In this document: piece after piece, positions 49,738 to 60,264 of the stretch
Numbering within the stretch: the first letter of the stretch is position 1
How the letters are laid out: each line of letters begins with the position of its first letter
Assembly (NCBI GenBank): GCA_964449245.1
Contig: CAYUXY010000001.1
Span: 66,838 to 130,837, forward strand
Origin: an uncultured Candidatus Saccharibacteria bacterium
GTDB taxonomy: Bacteria; Patescibacteriota; Minisyncoccia; UBA6257; GWB1-50-10
Reading direction: 5' to 3'
Length of the DNA stretch: 64,000 nucleotides
Translations under genes and position numbers: made by a program
Notes under the pieces: generated by a model
Seen by the model: the letters and a program-made list of their open reading frames with translations, nothing else
Databases searched by the model: none
Told to the model about the DNA's origin: nothing

Positions 49738-51903
49738 TTACTCTATATTTTCAATCATCAGAAATTCAGCTTTATTTTCAAAGGGGAACCTGGAATAAAT
49801 TTCTTCAGTAACAAATGGCATAAAAGGATGAAGCAGTTTAAGCGACTCGCGTAAAACGTTGGTTAAAATTTCGATTGTAGAGCCGACGCTTGTTTCGTTG
49901 TCCATCTGTTTCTTTGATGCTTCGAGGTATATGTCGCAAAAATCATGCCAGAAGAAATCATATAAATTGTGCAGTGCTCTGCTGAATTCAAACGCAGTTA
50001 TATCTTCTTCCGTACCTTTTTTAATTTTTGCCAACGCTGTTAGTATATTTGCATCAGCCTCCGTCTTCGGGGCAGAAACGCTTTTACCATTAGGATATTT
50101 TTCAATTTGCATTTCGATATACTTTCCGGCATTCCATATTTTATTTGCAAACTTTTTTCCCGCTTGAACCGCAGACTCATCCCATCTGATGTCCTGTCCT
50201 GTCGCTTGCCAGACAATTCCAAACCTTGTTGCGTCGGCGCCGAATTCATCGACATATTTTAAAGGATCAATTCCGGTGCCGAGGCTTTTAGACATTCTTT
50301 TGCCGTCTTTAGTAAGGATTGTTCCGTGAATCAATACCTTTTGGAATGGTTCTGTTTTATGAAATTCAATTCCGGAATATATCATCCTTGCCACCCAAAG
50401 ATTTAAAATGTCGCGAGCAGTTATAAGCGCAGTCCCAGGGTAATATTTTTCTATATCTTTTTCCGATAGTCCCGCAAAAGGCCAAAGAGCGGAGGAAAAC
50501 CACGTATCTAAAACGTCAGGCGATTGTTCCATTTCGCATTTTTTACAGAACGGACACGTATCCGGTTTTTCCGTAGCAACGACAAAATTGTCGGAGTATG
50601 AAGAATCTATTTCCGGATTATTTTTACAAAAATACACAGGGAGCCGGTGTCCCCACCATATTTGTCTTGATATCGTCCAATCGCGTATGTTTTCGAGCCA
50701 TGCCGAATAAGTTTTTTCAAAATTGTCCGGCGTTATGCTGATTCTATTTTCTTTTACTGATTCCAATGCTCTTTTTGCTAATGCATCCATTTTTAAAAAC
50801 CACTGTACGGACGGGATTGGTTCTATCGTTTGTCCGCATCTGTAACATACGGCAACGTTGTGATTATAATCTTCAATTTTTTCTAATAAGTGAACGGCAG
50901 ATAAGTCCTCAATTATTTTTTCTCTCGCTTCCTTTGTTTTCATTCCGGCATATTTTCCGGCAAGGTCATTCATTACTCCACGCGCGTCGATAACCTGAAC
51001 AGTCGGAAGATTGTGTCTTTGCCCGATTTCAAAGTCGAGTATGTCGTGAGCCGGCGTAACTTTAACTGCTCCGGTGCCAAAGTCCCGATCTACGGATTCG
51101 TCTCCAACAACGTGGATTACGGTATGTTTTTTTTGCGGAACATCCAAAGTTCCCTCTGTAGAGAGGCCCTCAATCTCAATTTCTTTGCCTATCAAGTGTT
51201 TATATCGCGTATCGTCCGGATGAACGGCGATTCCCGTATCTCCAAATTTTGTTTCCGGTCTTGTTGTCGCGAGTGTAAACGGCCCGTACTTTATGTAATA
51301 CAATTTCCCTTCTTCTTCTTTGTATTCGAGTTCGAGATCGGAAAGGCTCGTCGCGCATCTCGGACACCAGTTTATCGTTCTTTGCCCGCGGTACAGAAAA
51401 CCTTTTTCATAATAGTGAATGAACGCTTTTTCTACATCTTTCGCATAATTAGGGTCCATTGTGAACCGCGTGCGCGACCAATCGCACGAAACCCCGATTT
51501 TTTTAAGCTGGTCGTAAATTATATTGCCGTACTCATTTTTCCATTTCCAAACCTCTTCAATAAATTTTTCTCGTCCAAGGTCAAACCGCGTCTTGCCCTC
51601 CTTTTTCAGTTTTTTCTCGACCACATATTGCGTCGCTATGCCCGCATGATCTGTGCCCGGAAGATATAAAGTTTTATATCCGCGCATTCTGTGGAATCGA
51701 ATGACTATATCCTGAAAGGAGTTGTTTAATGTGTGTCCCATATGCAGTGTGCCGGTTACGTTTGGAAGAGGCATATATACCACGTAATTTTTGTCACGCT
51801 TGCCCGGAAGGTTGTCCGGATTAAAATATCCGGATTTTTCCCAATTGGCGTATATTTTACCCTCGGTTTCAAGCGGATTATATGCTCCATCAATTTTATT
51901 CAT
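49738..51903 (-). CDS. valS: valyl-tRNA synthetase (short form)
   Basis: HIGH region PLPNVTGTLHMGH and KMSKS region GKRMSKSLG. The editing-domain region is present. 721 aa, so it lacks the C-terminal coiled coil. Confidence 0.8.
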   Translation of the reverse strand: MNKIDGAYNPLETEGKIYANWEKSGYFNPDNLPGKRDKNYVVYMPLPNVTGTLHMGHTLNNSFQDIVIRFHRMRGYKTLYLPGTDHAGIATQYVVEKKLKKEGKTRFDLGREKFIEEVWKWKNEYGNIIYDQLKKIGVSCDWSRTRFTMDPNYAKDVEKAFIHYYEKGFLYRGQRTINWCPRCATSLSDLELEYKEEEGKLYYIKYGPFTLATTRPETKFGDTGIAVHPDDTRYKHLIGKEIEIEGLSTEGTLDVPQKKHTVIHVVGDESVDRDFGTGAVKVTPAHDILDFEIGQRHNLPTVQVIDARGVMNDLAGKYAGMKTKEAREKIIEDLSAVHLLEKIEDYNHNVAVCYRCGQTIEPIPSVQWFLKMDALAKRALESVKENRISITPDNFEKTYSAWLENIRDWTISRQIWWGHRLPVYFCKNNPEIDSSYSDNFVVATEKPDTCPFCKKCEMEQSPDVLDTWFSSALWPFAGLSEKDIEKYYPGTALITARDILNLWVARMIYSGIEFHKTEPFQKVLIHGTILTKDGKRMSKSLGTGIDPLKYVDEFGADATRFGIVWQATGQDIRWDESAVQAGKKFANKIWNAGKYIEMQIEKYPNGKSVSAPKTEADANILTALAKIKKGTEEDITAFEFSRALHNLYDFFWHDFCDIYLEASKKQMDNETSVGSTIEILTNVLRESLKLLHPFMPFVTEEIYSRFPFENKAEFLMIENIE

Positions 51904-51931
51904 AATGTTTTGATTATACAGATTTTTCTGA

Positions 51932-52987
51932 TTAAATTCCCAGCCCCGCCTTTGCTACGAGCTTACGATTTTTTTTCTTTAAAAAAGATATATATCCGGC
52001 GATTCCTATCATAACAGCATTATCCATATTGTTGTTAATTGGCGGGACAAAAAAATCAATCGCATTAAGTTTCGCCAGTTGTTTTATTTTTGATCGGAGT
52101 AATGCATTTGATGCGACTCCGCCGGAAACGAGTATTGATTTCGCATTATATCTGTCAATCGCCATCTTGGTTTTTTTGATGAGAACATCTATGGCGGCCT
52201 GTTCAAAAGAAGCGGCTATGTCAGCTTTATTGGTGTTAGGATTGTTACGCAAATAATAAAGCACGGAAGTTTTGAGTCCGGAATAGCTAAAATCGAAATT
52301 GTCCGAATGTATCATAGGTCTTGGAAACTCTATTGCTTGAGAGTTGCCTTTTTTTGCTAATTTTTGTATTTCGGGTCCTCCCGGATATGGAAGTCCGAGC
52401 ATTTTCGCCACTTTATCAAATGACTCGCCAACGGCGTCATCCCGAGTTTCTCCAAGTATCCGCCATTTTGAAAGAGATGTCATTAATAATAGAATCGTGT
52501 GCCCCCCGCTTACTATAAGAGCAATTGCGGGAAAAATGTTTTTTAAATTTTTTGCCCCAATCTTTTTGTCGAGAAAGAAACTCATTAAGTGTCCTTCAAG
52601 ATGGTTGACTCCAATTGTTTTCAGTTTCGGATTTTTTTGTCTTAATTTCTTTTTCAGTTCAAGCGCGAAATTTATGCCGGTCCATAAAGAAGGTTCGAGT
52701 CCTGGGCCCACTGTTACGCAAAGCATATCTATCTTGGAAACGGCCTTTTTTTTGTCGTCTATTATTTGCTCGAGAACAATAGGGAGATTTGCCATATGCT
52801 CTCTTTTGGCAAGATTAGGGACAACTCCTCCCCAAGGGCGGTGAATCTCATTTTGGGACGATATACGGCTTTTCAGTACTTTAAAGACTGGCTTGTTTAT
52901 TGTGCCGGACGCCTCTAATAGAGCAATTGCCGTATCGTCGCAGGATGTTTCTATAGAAAGAATTTTCATACAGTCTAAATATTTCAT
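51932..52987 (-). CDS. tsaD: tRNA N6-adenosine threonylcarbamoyltransferase TsaD (Kae1/YgjD)
   Basis: N-terminal motif MKILSIETSCDDTAIAL and an HxxGH-like metal site region. Confidence 0.9.
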   Translation of the reverse strand: MKYLDCMKILSIETSCDDTAIALLEASGTINKPVFKVLKSRISSQNEIHRPWGGVVPNLAKREHMANLPIVLEQIIDDKKKAVSKIDMLCVTVGPGLEPSLWTGINFALELKKKLRQKNPKLKTIGVNHLEGHLMSFFLDKKIGAKNLKNIFPAIALIVSGGHTILLLMTSLSKWRILGETRDDAVGESFDKVAKMLGLPYPGGPEIQKLAKKGNSQAIEFPRPMIHSDNFDFSYSGLKTSVLYYLRNNPNTNKADIAASFEQAAIDVLIKKTKMAIDRYNAKSILVSGGVASNALLRSKIKQLAKLNAIDFFVPPINNNMDNAVMIGIAGYISFLKKKNRKLVAKAGLGI

Positions 52988-53040
52988 TTCCGGCGATTCT
53001 TTGCAATTCGTACGGTTATCGTTATAGTGAAGGTAATTTT

Positions 53041-53409
53041 ATGATTCAACCTTTTTTCATATTCAGTGATTTGGCATTTTTTGCCTTGAGGCTTGTTCTT
53101 GGAATTGTTGGAATAAGGCACGGTATATCGAATTTGTCTGATCACGAAAGGCAAAACGCAAAAATATGTAAAGCGCTTGCTTACGCGGATATTGTTTTTG
53201 GTTTGTGTTTGCTCACAGGATTTTTAACGCAAATAACTTCGCTTTTTTTTATTTTCCGTTTTGCGGGCGACATAATTTCAGGATACAAAAAAAATAATTT
53301 AGAGCGGAAAGAATTTTTTATCCTTGCTATTACGGGGATGTTTGTGCTTCTAACAGTTGGAGGAGGATTGTTTTCCGCGGATAAGATATTTCGAATTTTG
53401 GTTTATTAA
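53041..53409 (+). CDS. DoxX-family small membrane protein
   Basis: 122 aa with 3-4 TMs. The N-terminal layout is DoxX-like. Confidence 0.5.
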   Translation: MIQPFFIFSDLAFFALRLVLGIVGIRHGISNLSDHERQNAKICKALAYADIVFGLCLLTGFLTQITSLFFIFRFAGDIISGYKKNNLERKEFFILAITGMFVLLTVGGGLFSADKIFRILVY

Positions 53410-54923
53410 TGAAAAAAGTTTTTAGAAAAATTGTTGAAAGGTGTACGAGTCGCCGATTTTTTGAGGCCATACCCGGAATATTCGCATGGATTATTTTAGC
53501 AAGCCTCATTTTTTTCTCTTGGAGACTGCCCATCTGGGTAGTCTTTTTTATGGTGCTCTATGACTTATATTGGCTTTTGAAAACCATATATCTTTCTTTT
53601 TATCTTAGGCACACATTTCAGAAAATGAGACGTTATCTAAAAATCGACTGGCTTGAAAAACTAAAGACGGAACACAAGGAAAAATGGGAAGACGTTTATC
53701 ATTTAATAATTATTCCCGTATATCATGAGCCGTATGCCGTCGTACGAAGATGTATAAAAAATCTTTCGGAAATGCAGTATCCTCTTGAAAAATTTTTAAT
53801 AACTTTTGCAATCGAAGAAAGAGGAGGGGAGAAAGATCGTGAAATAAGCGAACGGATGTATGAAGAATTCAAAAACGTTTTTGGCGGAATGATTGTCACA
53901 GTCCATCCGCACGGAATTTCAGGGGAATTGCCGGGGAAGGGTTCAAACACCGCTTGGAGCGCAAAAAGAGCGCAAGAACAATTTATCGATGCGCGCAAAA
54001 TCCCGCACGAAGATGTGCTCGTCTCTGTTTTTGATGTGGACACTCTTCCGGCGCGCGGATATTTTGCAACTCTTGCGCATTCATTTCTGTCTAATTGCGA
54101 TGGGCATAAGCGGAGTTATCAGCCGATTCCTGTATATACTAACAATTTTCACAAAGTTTCTGCTTTTTCGAGACTGGTTGGATTCTCGGCGACGTTTTGG
54201 CAGATGATGCAACAGTCGAGGCCGGAGCAAAATGTTTCTTTTTCTTCGCACACAACTCCGCTTAAGGCGCTGATAGACGTCGGATACTGGCACACGGATA
54301 TAGTGTCCGAAGATTCACGCATCTTTTTTCAATGCCTCGTGCATTATAAAGGCGATTGGAAGGTAGAGCCTCTTTTTTACCCTGTATATATGGACGCTGT
54401 TGATGGAAATGGATTTTGGGATTCTCTTAAAAATTTATACAAACAACAAAGGCGATGGGCTTGGGGTGTCGAAAATTTCGGATACATCATGGAAGAGTTT
54501 TTAAAAAGAAAGAAAATTCCTCTCAAAACAAAATTATTTTGGATATGGCAGAATCTCGACGGAAAAGTTTCTTGGGCGACAAGCTCATTTATCATATTTC
54601 TTTTCGGATGGATGCCAAATGCGCTTGGCGGAGATGCGTTCAATATGACCGTTTTTTCATATAATCTTCCCCGCGTCACGGAGTTGCTTATCCGTGTTGC
54701 GACGATCGGTATTGCCTCATCGGCGTTTTTAAGCACATTTTTAATTCCGGCTAATTCGACAGAAAAGAAAAAAACACCGATGATCCTCTATTTATTGCAG
54801 TGGATATTAACCCCTTTTACTTTGATAGTGTTTAGCAGTCTTCCTGCGCTTGATGCATTGACGAGGGCCATAATCGGAGGTAAATATCGTCTCGGTTTTT
54901 GGAGAACGCCGAAAGTAGGATAA
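53409..54923 (+). CDS. family 2 glycosyltransferase, membrane-embedded processive type (cellulose-synthase-like)
   Basis: N-terminal TMs with D/DxD (VSVFDVDT) and QxxRW (QQRRWAWG) motifs. C-terminal TMs follow. Confidence 0.7.
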   Translation: MKKVFRKIVERCTSRRFFEAIPGIFAWIILASLIFFSWRLPIWVVFFMVLYDLYWLLKTIYLSFYLRHTFQKMRRYLKIDWLEKLKTEHKEKWEDVYHLIIIPVYHEPYAVVRRCIKNLSEMQYPLEKFLITFAIEERGGEKDREISERMYEEFKNVFGGMIVTVHPHGISGELPGKGSNTAWSAKRAQEQFIDARKIPHEDVLVSVFDVDTLPARGYFATLAHSFLSNCDGHKRSYQPIPVYTNNFHKVSAFSRLVGFSATFWQMMQQSRPEQNVSFSSHTTPLKALIDVGYWHTDIVSEDSRIFFQCLVHYKGDWKVEPLFYPVYMDAVDGNGFWDSLKNLYKQQRRWAWGVENFGYIMEEFLKRKKIPLKTKLFWIWQNLDGKVSWATSSFIIFLFGWMPNALGGDAFNMTVFSYNLPRVTELLIRVATIGIASSAFLSTFLIPANSTEKKKTPMILYLLQWILTPFTLIVFSSLPALDALTRAIIGGKYRLGFWRTPKVG

Positions 54924-54974
54924 ACGCGTTGTCGTAGTGCTTGAGGATGTTTATTTTGGGTTTGTCGAAGAAAA

Positions 54975-55002
54975 ATAGCCTTGTGGATAACAGGCTATTT
55001 TA
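54975..55002 (+). terminator. hairpin after the GT2 gene
   Basis: 8-bp stem aatagcct/aggctatt. The loop tgtggataac contains a DnaA-box-like 9-mer. Followed by ttttat. Confidence 0.35.
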
Positions 55003-55202
55003 TATAGCTTGTTATGATATAATACAAATGTAAGGTCTTGTGTGTGAGCAAGACTTTATAAGCGGAAGTCCGGCCGACTTCCACCAAATAGAACCTTAAA
55101 ATACTAGAGCCCTTATGGGCCATAATATATGTAAAGGGCGTCTTCTTGTAAGACGCTCTAACCTTTTTTATTTCCGCAACAATGGCGTGTATTATGTAAT
55201 AA

Positions 55203-55739
55203 ATGAAAGAATTTGTAACAGATGTATTTATTCTCGCCGTCTATCCGCGAGGGGAGTATGACACGGAGGCGGTATTTTTTTCTCCGGATTTTGGTAAATT
55301 TCACGCAGTGCTTGTGAGCGGAAGAAAACCGACGTCAAAATTTTCTCCGCATTGTGTTCTCGGAAATTTTGCGATAGTCCGCGCAGTTTATAAAAACAGA
55401 TTTACGGTTACCGATATAGTGTCTAAAAAGCCCTTATTTCAAAATGCGAAAGATGCCCAGTTTTTGAAACGTATGTTCCTTCTTACGGATTTTCTAAATA
55501 AAAATTTACCGGACTTAGAGCCAAACACAGAGTTATGGGAAAAAATAAACGAAGATTTTTCAAAGGGTGCGATAGAATTTTTTCCGTATTTGTCTCAGCT
55601 CGGGTACGATTCGTCGCTTTCCGCGTGCGCATTCTGCGGAAACAAAAATATATATGCGTTTATGTTTAAAAATCAGGAATTTTTATGCAAGAGTTGTCTT
55701 TCCAAAACAGGCAAAAATGAATTATCATTAATTATATAA
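55203..55739 (+). CDS. recO: DNA repair protein RecO (short form)
   Basis: N-terminal OB-fold region followed by a C-terminal Cys4 finger CAFCGN...CKSC. 178 aa. Confidence 0.65.
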   Translation: MKEFVTDVFILAVYPRGEYDTEAVFFSPDFGKFHAVLVSGRKPTSKFSPHCVLGNFAIVRAVYKNRFTVTDIVSKKPLFQNAKDAQFLKRMFLLTDFLNKNLPDLEPNTELWEKINEDFSKGAIEFFPYLSQLGYDSSLSACAFCGNKNIYAFMFKNQEFLCKSCLSKTGKNELSLII

Positions 55740-55749
55740 AATATAAATT

Positions 55750-57624
55750 ATGTCACTCGACGATTTGGAAAAAGAATTATATGAATTTAACGAAAGCAAA
55801 AAACCGGAGAAAGATGCCGATAAAAACGCCGACGTTTCAACTAAAAAACCGCAAGAATTCGGTGGATGGGAAAACGACGACGATGCGATAGCGAACAAAA
55901 AATCCGGAAAAGCGAAAAATGCCATAAAAATAGCTTATGCTATTTTAGGTATCGCGATAATTGCTACGGTAAGTGTGGTTTTTTTGAGATATGGAGGAGA
56001 TTCGAGCGGAATAGTGGTAGAGATACAATCGCCAGATTCGGTGAGTAGAGGAGTGCCGTTTGAGGTTGTAGTGCAGATTGCAAACGGAATAGATAATTTT
56101 ACAGAAGAGGGCGTTGTATCTATTAACACTACGAGCGGTCTTCTAAATGCGGAAAATCTTTCAGGTAAAACGATTATAACCGAAGAAGTTGGCGACTTAG
56201 GAGGCGGAAGCCTTGTCAGAAAAACGTTTAAACTGTTTCCTCTGGGAGACATAAATTCAGCGCAAAAAATAAATGTTAGATTCTCTTTTGTTTCGTCAAA
56301 AACAAAATACGAAATCGAAAAAGACAAAAGTATTTCAATAGGCGATCCCGCCATAAAATTAACGGTGGAAAAACCGGAACAGGTTATGTCAGGCTCGGAT
56401 TTCAAAATGATTATAGGTTACGAAAATGGTTCGGATTCGGATTTCTCCGATATGGCACTGAAGATTGAATATCCGTCCGGATACACATTTAAAGAAGCGA
56501 CGTACAATCCGGCATCGCTCAATAATTATTGGAAGCTCGGAGAAGTGAAAGCCGGAACAAAAGGAAGTATACAAATAACGGGCTCGATTGACGCAACTGA
56601 CGCGAGTTCGTTCGATTTTCCTGTCTCGGCGTTCGTGGCTTTTTTGGGAGAAGACAGACTCGTCGCGGAGAAGACTGTAAATGTATTTATTGCGCCGTCC
56701 CCGATTGCTATGAGAATTATTGCAAACGGGAATGAAAACTTTATAGCTCATGCAGGGAGTCAGATAAAATATTCAATAAGGTATGAAAACAAAAGCGGAA
56801 TATCACTTGCGGATGCCGTCATTAAGGCGGAACTTGATGGAGATATGTTTGATTTGAAAACTCTCGTATCAAACGGAAGCTTTGACTCGCGGACGAATAC
56901 GATTACGTGGACCGCTTCAAAGGTTTCGGAACTGACACTGCTTGATCCGGGTGCGACGGGGGAAGTAAATTTCACGGTTAAATTATTATCAGAATTACCG
57001 GTTAAGCGATCCAGCGATAAGAATTTTATTTTAAAAGTAAATTCGTCTATGGAATCTCCCTCCGTACCGTATTATATTTCCGGAGATAAAACTACGGGTT
57101 TTGCGTTACTCGAAACAAAAGTTGCCGGAACGGTGTCGTTTGACGCAAAGGCTTTTTATCGCGATTCGCTCGCGCAAATAATTAATTCGGGAGTTCTTCC
57201 TCCGAAGGTCAATCAAGCAGTTCAATATACTATACATTGGAACATTTCTAACTATGGAAGCGAGCTCCGCGATGTTACCGTGAAAGCTTCGCTTGAATCA
57301 GGCGTCAGATGGACGGGAGTTGTAAAAAGCAATATGAGCGTACTGCCTACGTATGATTCAAGAACGAATGAAGTGACGTGGAAAGTTGAAAAAATACAGG
57401 CAAATAGGGGTCTTTTTGATGATCCAGCGGAAGCCGTCTTTCAGGTAGAAGTTATTCCGAATATAACGCAAGTCGGACGGGCGATACCAATTTTAAGCAC
57501 ATCCGTTTTCTCGGGTACGGATAACTTCACAGACTCTTCCGTATCCGATACGGACACCGCAATTACGACTCTTTTGCCGGATGACAAAACTGTTGGCAGA
57601 AACGATGGAATCGTGGTTCAATAG
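55750..57624 (+). CDS. large membrane-anchored surface protein with internal repeat domains
   Basis: N-terminal TM (AIKIAYAILGIAIIATVSVVFL). Repeated ~100-aa modules share NTITW/NEVTW and EVNFTV/QVEVIP segments. Confidence 0.5.
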   Translation: MSLDDLEKELYEFNESKKPEKDADKNADVSTKKPQEFGGWENDDDAIANKKSGKAKNAIKIAYAILGIAIIATVSVVFLRYGGDSSGIVVEIQSPDSVSRGVPFEVVVQIANGIDNFTEEGVVSINTTSGLLNAENLSGKTIITEEVGDLGGGSLVRKTFKLFPLGDINSAQKINVRFSFVSSKTKYEIEKDKSISIGDPAIKLTVEKPEQVMSGSDFKMIIGYENGSDSDFSDMALKIEYPSGYTFKEATYNPASLNNYWKLGEVKAGTKGSIQITGSIDATDASSFDFPVSAFVAFLGEDRLVAEKTVNVFIAPSPIAMRIIANGNENFIAHAGSQIKYSIRYENKSGISLADAVIKAELDGDMFDLKTLVSNGSFDSRTNTITWTASKVSELTLLDPGATGEVNFTVKLLSELPVKRSSDKNFILKVNSSMESPSVPYYISGDKTTGFALLETKVAGTVSFDAKAFYRDSLAQIINSGVLPPKVNQAVQYTIHWNISNYGSELRDVTVKASLESGVRWTGVVKSNMSVLPTYDSRTNEVTWKVEKIQANRGLFDDPAEAVFQVEVIPNITQVGRAIPILSTSVFSGTDNFTDSSVSDTDTAITTLLPDDKTVGRNDGIVVQ

Positions 57625-58949
57625 TGGATATGGATATTTTTGAAAAAGTTTACAGTCTCGCAAAAAGAAGGGGATTCGTATATCCAGGATCGGAAATATA
57701 CGGAGGGATATCCGGAATGTGGGACTACGGTCCTCTCGGGGTTGAGCTAAAACGAAATATAAAAGAAGCATTTTGGAATTTTGCCGTGCGTGGGCACGAT
57801 AATGTAGTTGGTATCGATTCGGCGATTATTATGCATTCCAAAGTGTGGGAGGCGTCAGGCCATCTCGATTCATTTTCCGATCCGCTAGTGGAGTGTAAAA
57901 AATGTCACCACAGATTTCGCGCGGACAAAATCGAAACAAGCGTGTGTCCGGATTGTGGCGGAGAATTTACCGAGGCAAAACAATTTAATCTTATGGTTGA
58001 AACATATCTCGGCGTCGTTGAAGGCGAAAAACAGAAGGCGTACCTTCGCGGAGAAATTACGCAGGGAGTTCATATAAATTTTAAAAATGTTTTGTCTTCA
58101 ACGAGGGTTCAATTGCCATTTGGAATCGCGCAAGTCGGAAAGGCGTTTAGAAATGAAATTACTCCCGGTCAATTTACATTTCGCTCACGCGAATTCGAGC
58201 AAATGGAAATTCAGTTTTATGTGAAACCCGAAGAAAAAGAATCGGAGAAGTGGTTTGAATATTGGAAAGAAGCTCGGAGAGATTGGTATGTCTCTCTTGG
58301 AATTAAAAAAGATAATCTTCATTTTAAAGAGCACGAAAAAGACGAACTGGCGCACTATGCCAGAAAAGCTTTTGACATCGAATATAATACCGGACGGGAT
58401 GGCAATGAAGATTGGAAAGAAGTCGAGGGCATTCATCATAGGGGAGATTGGGATTTAAGACGTCATAGCGAATATTCAAAAGAAGATTTCACATATTTTG
58501 ACGAAGAGACAAAAGAACGCTATCTACCGTGGATAATAGAAACATCGGGCGGAGTTGACCGCGCAGCGCTCTTTTTCTTGATGGATGCGTATACCGAAGA
58601 AACTACGGAAGGTGGCGATGAACGCGTTGTGTTGAAATTACATCCAAAAATAGCTCCGTTTAAAGCGGCTGTTTTCCCACTTCTTGCAAATAAACCGGAA
58701 CTCGTCTCGAAAGCAAGGGAAATATATAACGAACTCAAGCGCGATATGATGATCGCGTGGGATGACAGAGGAAATATAGGAAAGCGGTATCGCGCGCAAG
58801 ATGAGGCGGGAACGCCATATTGTATTACGGTTGATTTTGATAGTTTGGAAAAAGGAGATGTCACAGTCCGCGACCGCGACACGATGAAGCAAGAGAGAGT
58901 CAAAATCAGTGAAATCGGCGAATTTTTGAAAAGAAAAACAAATACATAA
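57624..58949 (+). CDS. glyQS: glycyl-tRNA synthetase (class II, dimeric GlyQS type)
   Basis: N-terminal sequence FVYPGSEIYGGISGMWDYGPLG with class II motifs and a C-terminal anticodon-binding domain. Confidence 0.9.
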   Translation: MDMDIFEKVYSLAKRRGFVYPGSEIYGGISGMWDYGPLGVELKRNIKEAFWNFAVRGHDNVVGIDSAIIMHSKVWEASGHLDSFSDPLVECKKCHHRFRADKIETSVCPDCGGEFTEAKQFNLMVETYLGVVEGEKQKAYLRGEITQGVHINFKNVLSSTRVQLPFGIAQVGKAFRNEITPGQFTFRSREFEQMEIQFYVKPEEKESEKWFEYWKEARRDWYVSLGIKKDNLHFKEHEKDELAHYARKAFDIEYNTGRDGNEDWKEVEGIHHRGDWDLRRHSEYSKEDFTYFDEETKERYLPWIIETSGGVDRAALFFLMDAYTEETTEGGDERVVLKLHPKIAPFKAAVFPLLANKPELVSKAREIYNELKRDMMIAWDDRGNIGKRYRAQDEAGTPYCITVDFDSLEKGDVTVRDRDTMKQERVKISEIGEFLKRKTNT

Positions 58950-58990
58950 AATTTGCCGTTCAAGTATTCGAGTAGTATTGTTGAATACAA

Positions 58991-60259
58991 ATGGCAAAGA
59001 TAACGAGAGTAAAATTTAAAAACGGACTTAGACTCATAATTATTCCGGAAAAAGAAGCGCTGACGACAACGGTGGCTATTTTGGTTTCAGCAGGTTCCAA
59101 ATACGAATCTAAAAATATAAGTGGTGTATCTCATTTTCTTGAACACATATGTTTTAAGGGAACTTCAAAATATCCGAATCCGGAGGATATATCAGGTGAG
59201 CTTGACGGGCTTGGCGCGCATTATAATGCGATGACCGGATACGAACATACGTCGTATTATGCGAAAGTTAGGAACAAAACCTTTAAGGAAGTTTTTGATG
59301 TTGTATCAGATATCTATTTAAATCCGATTATTAGAGATAAAGATGTTGATACTGAGCGAGGAGTGATTATTGAAGAAATAAATATGTATGAGGACGTGCC
59401 GAGACAAAAAGTATCCGACGTGTTTATGGAGTTGCTTTACGGAAATCAGCCCGCAGGTCGTAATATTTTGGGAACAAAGGATACTGTCGGTAAATTAAAA
59501 AAGGAAGATATAGTAGCGTATAGAAATGCTAATTATCTTCCGGAATCAACGGTAGTTGTCGTATCCGGCGGTATTCAAGCTCCAACCGCGCTCTCGTCCG
59601 TAAGTAAAAGTTTTTCTAAATTGCAAAGCGGAGCGAAAATGAAAAAGGAGAGGGTAGAAGAATTTCAAACATCTCCCGCAGAAAAATGTTTGTATCAAAA
59701 ATCAGAACAAACGCATGTTATACTCGGCGTCCGTACGTTCGGCATAAATGATAAGAGGAAATATGCGCTTGAGGTGCTATCGGAAATTCTGGGAGGTGGA
59801 ATGAGTTCAAGACTTTTTATAAAAGTCAGAGAAAAGTTAGGCGCGGCGTATTATATCGATGCATCTTCAGATATGCTTTCCGACCACGGGATGCTGACTG
59901 TTTCTGCGGGCATAGATCACAAAAAAATTGATATTGTGATAGGCGCAATAGTCGATGAATTTAAAAGAATGAAGAAGGAAAAAGTGGGGGCAAAGGAGCT
60001 GGAAAAAGCTAAAGAGCATTTAATAGGAAATCTGTTTATGTCTATTGAAACTACGGACGCACTCGGATATTTTTATGGGCTTCAGGAAATAATGGATGAG
60101 AAGCTGGTTTCTCCTAATGAAATGGCAAAAAAGATAAAAGCCGTAACGGCAGACGATATTATAAAAGTTGCCAAAGACGTGATTAAAAACAATAATTTAA
60201 ACCTTGCTCTCGTTGGTCCTTTCAAAAACAGAAGTTTTCTTGATATATTAAAGGTATAG
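58991..60259 (+). CDS. M16-family (insulinase-like) zinc peptidase
   Basis: Inverted zinc motif HFLEHICFKG (HxxEH) with a downstream E. Confidence 0.8.
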   Translation: MAKITRVKFKNGLRLIIIPEKEALTTTVAILVSAGSKYESKNISGVSHFLEHICFKGTSKYPNPEDISGELDGLGAHYNAMTGYEHTSYYAKVRNKTFKEVFDVVSDIYLNPIIRDKDVDTERGVIIEEINMYEDVPRQKVSDVFMELLYGNQPAGRNILGTKDTVGKLKKEDIVAYRNANYLPESTVVVVSGGIQAPTALSSVSKSFSKLQSGAKMKKERVEEFQTSPAEKCLYQKSEQTHVILGVRTFGINDKRKYALEVLSEILGGGMSSRLFIKVREKLGAAYYIDASSDMLSDHGMLTVSAGIDHKKIDIVIGAIVDEFKRMKKEKVGAKELEKAKEHLIGNLFMSIETTDALGYFYGLQEIMDEKLVSPNEMAKKIKAVTADDIIKVAKDVIKNNNLNLALVGPFKNRSFLDILKV

Positions 60260-60264
60260 AGATT

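Noticed and set aside
55055-55100. RNase P RNA CR-I/CR-V-like strings (ggaagtccgg, atagaacc)
   Set aside because: The two motifs are only ~15 nt apart. No CR-II/III/IV (GGUGAAA, GUAAGAGCGCACC) lies nearby and the region is too short, so they are coincidental similarities within ordinary hairpins.
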